DNA from: a virus
DNA length: 64,000 nucleotides
Direction: 5' to 3' (one strand)
IMG/VR virus record: IMGVR_UViG_3300039191_000223
Span: 38,700-102,699 of that record
Both the position numbers and the translations under genes were made by a program. The notes below the pieces were generated by a model. That model had not been told where the DNA came from. It saw only the letters and a list, made by a program, of their open reading frames with translations, and did no database searches. Position 1 is the stretch's first letter. Every line of letters starts with the position of its first letter. Positions 37,752 through 45,330 of this stretch are shown here, piece by piece.

Positions 37752-37896
37752 TAGTCAAGTGGGTGGGATTCGAACCCCGACACTAGATGCCAATTGTATC
37801 ATCAAGGATTCCTATGATCGGTAGGATTCCAATTCATGTCGCTTTACCATCTGTTGCCTTCTAGGGGAACCGCTCTTCCGTTTGAGCTACACTCGT
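37752..37896 (-). ncRNA. tRNA-like RNA with an ~85-nt domain replacing the anticodon arm
   Basis: Canonical TAGCTC-AAACGGAA-GAGC D arm and GGTTCGAATCCC T arm. Confidence 0.7.
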
Positions 37897-38119
37897 TTGA
37901 TCAGTCATCATCATGATGACGAATATCATATATGTTCAATTCAAAAAGTTTCTTGGAACAAACCAACCAACATGTGAAAAAACCGGGATGGTCACCTTTT
38001 GTTCGAATACTGATATCGATACTCAGGGGAGTATCCCACCCCTCACCCCAAATAGCAAGTTCGTATACCCAGTTTTCACTAATCTTTCCACAAAAAAACA
38101 TAACACATTTATCCTTATT

Positions 38120-38193
38120 TGGTAGAAGCACGCGGAGTTGAACCGCGCCATCCCATTTATCAGACGGAAGTCCTCAAACCACTAGGTGCTTCT
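38120..38193 (-). tRNA. tRNA-Ile(GAT), atypical D arm
   Basis: Loop CTGATAA, T arm, CCA. Confidence 0.75.
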
Positions 38194-38521
38194 ATTGTTC
38201 GTCGTAATTTCTAAAGGTCGCAGAGAATGTAGTGAACTGACATAGATCACAATCAACTGCCCATTCATAACCACCATTCTGCTTCCGTACTTCAACTTGA
38301 CCGTTGATGCCAGAGTATATCGTATTTCCACACTCAACGCAATCAGGAACACCGGGATCGTTTTCTTCAAGTTCAGATTCGTACTCTAGTTCAGCAATTT
38401 GTTTTTTGAGTTTATCTATTTCGCACTCTAACTCGATAAATGTATCAAATGAATCAAGCCGCATTTCCTCAATACATGTCTGTATCATAGAAGCGTCTTC
38501 CGCTGGCATATCACTTTTCAT
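38192..38521 (-). CDS. hypothetical zinc-ribbon protein
   Basis: CVEC...CDLC. Confidence 0.65.
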   Translation of the reverse strand: MKSDMPAEDASMIQTCIEEMRLDSFDTFIELECEIDKLKKQIAELEYESELEENDPGVPDCVECGNTIYSGINGQVEVRKQNGGYEWAVDCDLCQFTTFSATFRNYDEQ

Positions 38522-38614
38522 ATCTACCCCTTGTACGGAAATCTAACATGTCTAGACCACATTGACAGCGTAGCGATTGTCGCCTTAGCACATGAGAGAA
38601 AATTAATTTGTCAG

Positions 38615-38688
38615 TTGAGCCGTCCGGGTTCGAACCGTCTCTCTCTCTGTTTGGAGAGCCCATCACCACCGATGTGTTCGTAGCTCAA
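38615..38688 (-). ncRNA. degenerate tRNA-like element
   Basis: TTGAGCT/GGCTCAA, GGTTCGAACCC, CTCTC-CAAACA-GAGAG. Confidence 0.45.
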
Positions 38689-38689
38689 T

Positions 38690-38768
38690 TGGTCGGGGAA
38701 GCTGGAATCGAACCAGCGGTGTCAGTTTTACAGAGTTGTTACTTCTCTCTATAACTATATCTTCACCG
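38690..38768 (-). ncRNA. tRNA 3'-half-like element
   Basis: GCTGG-TTCGATT-CCAGC then TTCCCCGACCA; 5' part overlaps a TTGACA-17-TATAGT promoter (38754-38782). Confidence 0.45.
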
Positions 38769-38802
38769 TGCATTTTTGTCAAGAATACTTTTCGTTATCC
38801 TT

Positions 38803-38994
38803 CTAGTCTTCGCGGATAATTTCAAACACATCGATTTTTGTCAAATCAGGAATAAGGTCCTCATTGTGGATTAATCTCCACGTACCATCATTAAGTTCAT
38901 CCAAGTATAGCAAACGCTTCTTGTTATGCTTGATGACGGTATATTTGGATATCTCCAATACTTCCTCACCGATTTTAATTGCCCGTCGTGTCAT
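38803..38994 (-). CDS. hypothetical protein
   Basis: GGAG RBS. Confidence 0.6.
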   Translation of the reverse strand: MTRRAIKIGEEVLEISKYTVIKHNKKRLLYLDELNDGTWRLIHNEDLIPDLTKIDVFEIIRED

Positions 38995-39011
38995 TATTGA
39001 ACTCCAAAAAT

Positions 39012-39106
39012 TAGTCTCCCCAAGTCGGGCTCGAACCGACCGTCTTGTCCGTGGCACCCGCCCATCGCGGGGCACGGTTGTTTTCCCATCTTTAAACTAT
39101 GGAGAG
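39012..39106 (-). ncRNA. tRNA-Pro-like body with elongated anticodon arm
   Basis: CTCTCCA/TGGGGAG, D and T arms; CCGTG-CCCCGC-GATGG-GCGGG-TGC-CACGG. Confidence 0.65.
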
Positions 39107-39108
39107 AT

Positions 39109-39184
39109 TGGAAGCCGAGGTCGGAATCAAACCGACGTTTTTCTGAGTTTGCAGCCCAGCGCATAGTCTCTCTGCCACCCGGCC
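39109..39184 (-). tRNA. tRNA-Cys(GCA)
   Basis: Loop CTGCAAA, U73, CCA. Confidence 0.88.
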
Positions 39185-39196
39185 ATTATGTAATTT

Positions 39197-39271
39197 TGGT
39201 ACTCCTGCGGGGAATCGAACCCCGTACTCTCGGGTGAAAACCGAGCAACTCAACCATTTGTCTTCAGGAGC
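39197..39271 (-). tRNA. tRNA-Glu(TTC)
   Basis: Loop TTTTCAC, CCA. Confidence 0.9.
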
Positions 39272-39384
39272 AAAGAGGGAGTCTGATAACTCCCAAATAC
39301 CCATAATCTCTTAATTGGTTCACACTAACTATCAGGTAAGTGTTTCCCTCAGATGGAATTGGGTAATACCATAAACTATATTGT

Positions 39385-39461
39385 TGGAGCCGTAGACGGA
39401 ATTCGAACCCGTATCGACAGGGGTGAAAACCCTGCATTCTAAACCATTAAACTACTACGGC
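39385..39461 (-). tRNA. tRNA-Glu(TTC)
   Basis: Loop TTTTCAC, CCA. Confidence 0.88.
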
Positions 39462-39470
39462 ATTATATGT

Positions 39471-39546
39471 TGGTGGAACTGGTCGGAGTCGAACCGACAA
39501 CCCTCTGCTTGCAACACAGACGCTCTCCCAATTGAGCTACAGCCCC
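39471..39546 (-). tRNA. tRNA-Ala(TGC)
   Basis: GGGGCTG 5' end, G3:U70, loop GTTGCAA. Confidence 0.92.
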
Positions 39547-39727
39547 ATTATGTTAGTTTAACATATTCCCACGTGATCCCCAGCGTTGCTGCCCATTTTG
39601 TTACCTTGGACATGATTTTAGGATCGTGGAAAGTATCTTTCTTTGGATCATCGGCTACGATTGGACCGTAGTGCTGATCGCCAGCTACTAGATAATATCC
39701 CGGTTTCATATATCTCTCCGTAATTAG

Positions 39728-39800
39728 CTGGCACGGCAGGGATCGAACCCGCTTTTTCCTGATTAACAGTCAGGCGCATTACCATTAATGCTACATGCCA
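39728..39800 (-). tRNA. tRNA-Asn(GTT)
   Basis: Loop CTGTTAA; CCA not encoded. Confidence 0.88.
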
Positions 39801-39811
39801 ATTGTTATGTT

Positions 39812-39886
39812 TGGTGGGAGCAGAGGGACTCGAACCCTCGCGCGTTTGGTTAAAAGCCAACTGCTCTGCCGCTGAGCTACGCTCCC
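39812..39886 (-). tRNA. tRNA-Lys(TTT)
   Basis: Loop CTTTTAA, CCA. Confidence 0.93.
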
Positions 39887-39909
39887 ATTGTTCATTGTTA
39901 CTTCTTTAG

Positions 39910-39980
39910 CTGCCCCAGAAGGAATTGAACCTTCATCCCCGGAGTCAAAGGCCGGTGTGATACCATTACACAATAGGGCA
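39910..39980 (-). tRNA. tRNA-Gln(TTG)
   Basis: Loop CTTTGAC; CCA not encoded. Confidence 0.88.
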
Positions 39981-40090
39981 ATTGTTAGGGGGTTCCCTTA
40001 TACCAACAACCGTCTTGCAACACGGTAACGCTACTTATGCAATTTCACGTTTACGGAATCGAACCGCTTAGGCAACCAATTTTTGATGTT

Positions 40091-40166
40091 TGGTGGGAGC
40101 ACTCGGGTATGATCCGAGACCGCCCGGATTAAGAGTCCGGTGTACTGCCAATTATACGATACTCCC
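40091..40166 (-). tRNA. tRNA-Lys(CTT)
   Basis: Loop CTCTTAA, atypical T loop ATCATAC, CCA. Confidence 0.85.
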
Positions 40167-40171
40167 GTTGT

Positions 40172-40233
40172 TGGTTGTAGGTGGCCGGGTATCACCTCGA
40201 CTCTTCTAGCTGATGAGGCCAGTATCACCTACG
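40172..40233 (-). ncRNA. 62-nt D-armless tRNA-like RNA with CAT loop
   Basis: GTAGGT/ACCTAC, CTGGC-CTCATCA-GCTAG, ACCA. Confidence 0.5.
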
Positions 40234-40297
40234 GACACCGATCCGCGAATCGGTTGCCCAGCCTATACCCCATGCATGAGGTATTTTGCATTCTATT

Positions 40298-40372
40298 TGG
40301 GGTGCCTAGATGGATTTGAACCATCGACCTCCCTCGCGCAAGGGTGCTCTGCCAGACTGAGCTATAGTCACC
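40298..40372 (-). ncRNA. tRNA-His-like RNA lacking an anticodon loop
   Basis: G-1/C73 His-type acceptor, canonical D and T arms, CCCTT-GCGC-GAGGG. Confidence 0.75.
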
Positions 40373-40377
40373 ATTGT

Positions 40378-40454
40378 TGGTCTCCCCAGCAGGAATCGAA
40401 CCTGCGGCCTTCCGCATCCGAGGCGGAAGCTCTACCAGACTGAGCTACAGAGAG
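40378..40454 (-). tRNA. tRNA-Pro(CGG)
   Basis: Loop CTCGGAT, CCA. Confidence 0.93.
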
Positions 40455-40580
40455 ATTGTACACTAAAAATTAGTGGGAAAGGGTAGTATCTTTCAACTAC
40501 ATCTGCTCATTTTGGCTGCTTTAACGGGACATACCTTACCATGGCGATACCTCCCTATTTGGCGACCTTTCCACTGCATT

Positions 40581-40655
40581 TGGGGTGAAGACGGGAATCG
40601 AACCCTACCTAACTGTTTCACAGACAGTTGTGCTAACCTCTACACTATCAACACC
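40581..40655 (-). tRNA. tRNA-His(GTG)
   Basis: G-1/C73, loop CTGTGAA. Confidence 0.92.
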
Positions 40656-40867
40656 ATCGAGACCTACTAATCTTCATCTTCATCCCTAATACGAGGAAGG
40701 ATAAAGTCATCAATAAGTTCGTTCCAATCCCCTTCCGCATCTCGATCATCAGATAAATCAATTCCAAACTCCGATGATAGTCTGCTTTTCAAAATTTCGT
40801 AAATCTCATCACCAATGTTATTTTCTTTTTTAAGAGTATCCATAACATTCTATCTCCATTTATTTAT

Positions 40868-40945
40868 TGGTCTGAGCGGCAGGGCTCGAACCTGCAACCC
40901 CTCGATTCCAAACCGAAGTATCTACCAATTGAATTCTACGCTCAG
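40868..40945 (-). tRNA. tRNA-Pro(TGG)
   Basis: Loop TTTGGAA, CCA. Confidence 0.9.
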
Positions 40946-41077
40946 ATTGCTATAGCGACAATATTACCTTGTCTGCAATTCAGTGTCAATGTATTTCAGT
41001 ATTTCAAGTGCTCTTTCCAATAATAGATGAGCCCTTTCGTATTTTTGCTCTTTAGTTTCTATTGTAATTCCTCAAAT

Positions 41078-41154
41078 TGGCGGAACTGACGGGAGTCGAA
41101 CCCGCAACTTCTTCCGTGACAGGGAAGCGCTCTAACCAGTTAAGCTACAGTTCC
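41078..41154 (-). tRNA. tRNA-Asp(GTC)
   Basis: Loop CTGTCAC, CCA. Confidence 0.95.
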
Positions 41155-41156
41155 AT

Positions 41157-41231
41157 TGGTCCTCTCAACAGGATTCGAACCTGTGTCTTCTGGGCTTCAA
41201 CCAGACGCTACGCCAACTCAGCTACAAGAGG
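41157..41231 (-). tRNA. tRNA-Phe(GAA)
   Basis: Loop TTGAAGC, CCA. Confidence 0.9.
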
Positions 41232-41235
41232 AAAA

Positions 41236-41500
41236 CGCATGTTTTTGACGGTATACATCTAGAAACATGCAAAACTACCTTGCCTTTAACGACTACTATA
41301 ATCCCCGGTCGTTGACGGATATCCATTGGTGTGGATTAGTATCTTTCGGCGGCGCGAGCGCAATGCTCATGTGATCCGCGTGGCTGGCAACCTAAGATAC
41401 CACTCTTAGGTTGAGTTCCGTAACAATGGATAGGGGCGTTTCAGCACATGCTCCGACTTTTTGGCTTAGTCGGGGGACTCGGAGTCCCATCCAATGTTAC
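41236..41500 (-). ncRNA. candidate multi-hairpin ncRNA
   Basis: At least seven strong hairpins, no credible ORF. Confidence 0.55.
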
Positions 41501-41515
41501 CCGTTTTATGGGCAT

Positions 41516-41544
41516 AAAAAAAGGCGAATCTTACGATCCGCCTT
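41516..41544 (-). terminator. intrinsic terminator (putative attenuator)
   Basis: AAGGCGGATC-GTAA-GATTCGCC-TTTTTTT. Confidence 0.85.
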
Positions 41545-41571
41545 CTCAGTACTCCCTTGTAGGGTTGCCGG

Positions 41572-41715
41572 TTAGAGTTCTTTACTCCTTGGGCTTACTG
41601 AGAAGGCATGCTTACGATCATAATTATCGCAGGCGAGCGCTTTCACAAACAGGTTCGCAGGGCGTTCCTGTAGGGAATGTTGTTCGCATTTAATAAACGT
41701 AATCGAAGTCATCAT
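41572..41715 (-). CDS. putative attenuator leader peptide (47 aa)
   Basis: AGGAAAAG-ATG; MMTSITFIKCEQHSLQERPANLFVKALACDNYDRKHAFSVSPRSKEL; contains the 12-nt antiterminator strand. Confidence 0.72.
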   Translation of the reverse strand: MMTSITFIKCEQHSLQERPANLFVKALACDNYDRKHAFSVSPRSKEL

Positions 41716-41784
41716 CTTTTCCTATTAACTTAGTTAGGGCTTTCGCCCACAGGGGTAAACCTGTATATGTCTATTTAGTGTTCT

Positions 41785-42069
41785 TCACAAAAAATCTGAA
41801 TCATCAGACTTGATGGGATGCATTGTACTGCTTGTATTTAGTTCTGTCAACACCTTTTTATATTTTCTTTCTTCTTCATCACCAAGAATGCTTGTTACTT
41901 GATGATGAAGAATAGGGTCACTCTTACTCAGGCGTTTCATTCGCAGTTTACTATCTAGTCTAGATTTCCAATCATCATACGGGAGCCTGACATAATAGTA
42001 GTACAATAGAAAGGTGTTTGTTACAGGTAACATAACTAGCCAAAAAAGCAGGCTTCTATTACCGTCCAA
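41785..42069 (-). CDS. hypothetical membrane protein
   Basis: Hydrophobic N-terminus. Confidence 0.5.
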   Translation of the reverse strand: MDGNRSLLFWLVMLPVTNTFLLYYYYVRLPYDDWKSRLDSKLRMKRLSKSDPILHHQVTSILGDEEERKYKKVLTELNTSSTMHPIKSDDSDFL

Positions 42070-42082
42070 AGCGAATCACGTA

Positions 42083-43099
42083 TCATCGTCTTCTGACTCT
42101 TACACAATCATTCTGGGTGGGATACGACGGTACGTTTTCAAATTCAGGGACATCATCCTCATCATCCTCATCATCCTCATCATCCTCATCATCCTCATCA
42201 TCCTCATCATCCTCATCGTAATTATCAGAAAGAAGTTCCCCGTTGATCATGTGGTGCATTCTAGCAACAGAGTCCTCCAATGTCAACCCGAATACTTGAG
42301 TGGAAATAACCACATCTTTGATATGCGCTACACCCATGCCCTTGGTTTTCAATACCCACTCATCTAGGTTTCCAATAACGTCATTTGCGCGGGCAAACAC
42401 AGCTTCGATATAAACCCTACGGGCAGCAGCACTCGGCATACCAATTTGCTCAACAACATCAAAGCGGCTTGGCCGGTTGATAAGACGTGCGGGCATTCTC
42501 TCTGGATGATTCGTCGTTGCAATGAACATCACATTGTCAATCTGACACTCCCCATCGAGTAGAGCAAGTAGAGCACCTTCATTTCGAAGCATGCTATCTA
42601 TATCTTCAAGAATAACAACAATCGGACGCACCTGTTCGATCCTACGAAATGCTTGTAGTCCAGCAATCGCATTTCCGGGATCATTAACATAAAACACTAC
42701 ACCACCCATATCGACAATATGGTTGGATACCAAATTGATCGTTGAAGTCTTACCACTGCCCGGAGGGCCATAAAGCATGATTCCGCGCTTCCACAAGTAC
42801 CCATATTGTCGGAACTTGTCTTCGTTCTTCCAAAACTCCTTTACAAGTTGCAGGATGTTGTCTGACTGTGTATCTGGGAGATGGATGAGTTCATCGGTCT
42901 CATTACTATGGGCCTCAAAGTATACTCCACGCATACTGTCGAAAATGTTGTATTGTCCAGCAGGCACGGTCTTTATGACCCGACCTGTTGGAAAAAATAC
43001 TGTGCCATCTGCTTCGATTGCCCATTGGCAGGCATCGTCAGAATTTAGTTCGTCGGGATCGTAATCTGCATTATCGGACATTTTTGAACCTCTCTCCAT
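42083..43099 (-). CDS. AAA+ ATPase with acidic tail
   Basis: GPPGSGKT, ILEDID, ATTNHPE, NRPSRFD. Confidence 0.92.
   Translation of the reverse strand: MERGSKMSDNADYDPDELNSDDACQWAIEADGTVFFPTGRVIKTVPAGQYNIFDSMRGVYFEAHSNETDELIHLPDTQSDNILQLVKEFWKNEDKFRQYGYLWKRGIMLYGPPGSGKTSTINLVSNHIVDMGGVVFYVNDPGNAIAGLQAFRRIEQVRPIVVILEDIDSMLRNEGALLALLDGECQIDNVMFIATTNHPERMPARLINRPSRFDVVEQIGMPSAAARRVYIEAVFARANDVIGNLDEWVLKTKGMGVAHIKDVVISTQVFGLTLEDSVARMHHMINGELLSDNYDEDDEDDEDDEDDEDDEDDEDDVPEFENVPSYPTQNDCVRVRRR
42151..42217. repeat. 9-nt tandem repeat encoding (DDE)n
   Basis: About seven copies of CATCATCCT, in frame. Confidence 0.9.
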
Positions 43100-43147
43100 T
43101 GTATGTTGTAAAGGAAAGGATTATACGATAAATAGTCATAAGCGTCA

Positions 43148-43564
43148 ATGGAGAATTACATGAATCTGCTCAATGAAATGACAAACAAAATGGAGATTGA
43201 TCTATTGGAATCAGAGATAGATGATGTCCTAACACAATATCGCAATATTATCAGCTTCGCACAATTGTATGAAGGATCAGCTATTCTGGCTAGCTTGCCT
43301 GACGACTTGATTGAAAAGATAACTGAAATTGAGCGACGTATGGAAGTTATCGAAAAGGCCAAGAATCTGCTCAAGAAATTAGAAGACAGTGGCTGGGATA
43401 AAAAGAAAGTGAAATATCATAGACAGCGCCTGTATGATAACCGGGAAAGAATTCGCAAATCAATGTATTCTGCAAAGAAGAAAATGGTTGCTCTCGAAAA
43501 AGCAGTTCAAGGCATGGTTGACGGAATTAAGCCTCAAGATGGCTTATCTTACAGCGAATCATAA
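43148..43564 (+). CDS. hypothetical coiled-coil protein
   Basis: ATAAATA upstream. Confidence 0.7.
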   Translation: MENYMNLLNEMTNKMEIDLLESEIDDVLTQYRNIISFAQLYEGSAILASLPDDLIEKITEIERRMEVIEKAKNLLKKLEDSGWDKKKVKYHRQRLYDNRERIRKSMYSAKKKMVALEKAVQGMVDGIKPQDGLSYSES

Positions 43565-44009
43565 TTAGCTGAGCCAATTCCTTAACTGATTTTACTACAG
43601 GCAAACCGAATCGGCGGGATACATACTTGATATATCCCGCTTTCTCGTAACCATCCGATAAGTGTATAATCGATTCCTTCGTTTTATACATACCCATTTC
43701 AAATAAAGTGATTGGTGCCACTGAAGTATCATCGTAAAAAAAGACTTCTATGTCGGCCATGATTATACCTAAGTGTTCCCAATCTGTTTGTTTAGTGAAA
43801 GCTGGATTATCTGCATCTTCATCACCAATACGTTCCTCCCAATCTTTGACGGTTGGGTCAAGGATAATAATATCCATGCCCTGTGCCGAAAGTAGCTCGA
43901 TTACTTCTTCTCTCCAAGGACTCATCGTCCCTCCGAGAAAAATCGAACACTTAGTGCGGTCCATCTTTTCTAGATCATCATCAGGGGTTAGTATCTGCAT
44001 AAAGTTCAT
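43527..44009 (-). CDS. nucleoside 2-deoxyribosyltransferase-like protein
   Basis: IFLGG...WR...DP...QTDWE...APITLFEMG. Confidence 0.8.
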   Translation of the reverse strand: MNFMQILTPDDDLEKMDRTKCSIFLGGTMSPWREEVIELLSAQGMDIIILDPTVKDWEERIGDEDADNPAFTKQTDWEHLGIIMADIEVFFYDDTSVAPITLFEMGMYKTKESIIHLSDGYEKAGYIKYVSRRFGLPVVKSVKELAQLIMIRCKISHLEA

Positions 44010-44235
44010 TTTCCAATTTTATTATGTAGCGTTTCTGCTCAACGACGGCTCGATTAACACTTGAAATGTTTGCGGGTCTATACCGCAGCCTATTCAAGTA
44101 CCACTTATTGAATGCAATCTGCATTCGCAAGCCGAAATATCTGTTCATTTTTTCTTTCTGTTTCCTCTCATATTATTTAGTGTTTAAACAAAAAAGGGAC
44201 GCACACGCATCCCCTCTACTTACAACATAGCACCT

Positions 44236-44790
44236 TTAGTGCCTGTCGGCATTTGCTATGTCTCGGGCATCCATAAAAGCCTTTACCTCTTCAAATGAGT
44301 ACGGACGGTATTCGTCAGTTATGACTTTACTATCCACACCCATATCAGCAGACTTGCCGTAAGGTGGTAGCGTTCCATGTGAATGCCCGTAGAGCATCCA
44401 AGACCCATGGTGGGATCGATTCCACACCCGGTGCCCGTAATGAGCAAGAACGATGTGCTGTTTCTCCCACGTAATTTCGCGGTAATCGAAAATACCATTG
44501 AGCAATTTCTCACCCAGAAGTTCTTTTCGATAATTCCTCAGAGTCTTATCGTGGTTTCCCAGAATAAGATTCTTCTGACCATTGAGTCGTAGTAATAGTT
44601 CCTTGATTCTTCCAATGTTCGCAAACGCGAAATCACCAAGGAACCACACTTGATCGTTTTTACCCACAGCTGAGTTGTGGGTTTTGATCAATAACTCATC
44701 CATTTCCTCAACGGAACTGAAAGGTCTTCCTGCATACTGGCAGATGTTTCTGTGACCATAATGCTGGTCGCTCGTAAAAAACATACTCAT
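44236..44790 (-). CDS. calcineurin-like metallophosphoesterase
   Basis: SDQH, LGDF, GNHD, GHSH. Confidence 0.92.
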   Translation of the reverse strand: MSMFFTSDQHYGHRNICQYAGRPFSSVEEMDELLIKTHNSAVGKNDQVWFLGDFAFANIGRIKELLLRLNGQKNLILGNHDKTLRNYRKELLGEKLLNGIFDYREITWEKQHIVLAHYGHRVWNRSHHGSWMLYGHSHGTLPPYGKSADMGVDSKVITDEYRPYSFEEVKAFMDARDIANADRH

Positions 44791-44884
44791 ATTATTTCTC
44801 CTATATTGAGTTGCTTTTTTACCCCTGTGAGCTTAACTCTTTAGTGCAGACAATAGGTGCTGGCGCATTGCCTCTAGCTGATTA

Positions 44885-45268
44885 CTATATACATTCTTGG
44901 GGTTCACTCTTGAACAGTGGCATAAGCCCCATATAATCCGACATGTTGGACTTAGGAATGGCAAGCTCCCCGAATGCTTTGTAATAAGTCCCCACATTGC
45001 CGTTGTCGTTGACAACTTTTGTATTAATATTCAATTCAATTTTGAATTTTTCTTTCGTATATCCACCATTAGTATATCCACCATTAGTAGTACCAATATC
45101 AAAAGTGTACGACTCAATGCTAGCGATGACTTGAACATTTTTGTTTTGACTAAGAAATATTACAGTATTTGTTGGAAATGATCCGCCAGCGATAACCCGT
45201 ACATCATCTATCATCAGGTCATCAAAAATTTCTTCTATTAGCGAAGCCGTATCCTTATCGCTAAGCAT
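44885..45268 (-). CDS. hypothetical protein
   Basis: 127 aa, internal 15-nt duplication (TNGGY)2. Confidence 0.6.
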   Translation of the reverse strand: MLSDKDTASLIEEIFDDLMIDDVRVIAGGSFPTNTVIFLSQNKNVQVIASIESYTFDIGTTNGGYTNGGYTKEKFKIELNINTKVVNDNGNVGTYYKAFGELAIPKSNMSDYMGLMPLFKSEPQECI

Positions 45269-45271
45269 ATG

Positions 45272-45326
45272 GTTAAGTTAAGTTAAGTTAAGTTAAGTTA
45301 AGTTAAGTTAAGTTAAGTTAAGTTAA
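45272..45326. repeat. (GTTAA)11 microsatellite
   Basis: Eleven perfect copies filling the intergenic space. Confidence 0.95.
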
Positions 45327-45330
45327 GTTT

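Noticed and set aside
40205-40260. Hammerhead ribozyme suggested by CTGATGAG on the plus strand
   Set aside because: No GAAA core or matching stems; better explained as the antisense of a CAT-loop tRNA-like element
39092-41262. ORF-track ORFs spanning tRNA genes
   Set aside because: Chance frames through RNA genes, without RBS or recognisable motifs
41236-41500. tmRNA or RNase P RNA
   Set aside because: No Ala-type acceptor with T arm or tag ORF, and no recognisable RNase P P4 signature
42014-42367. (ILI)n plus-strand ORF
   Set aside because: Antisense of the DDE repeat in the AAA ATPase
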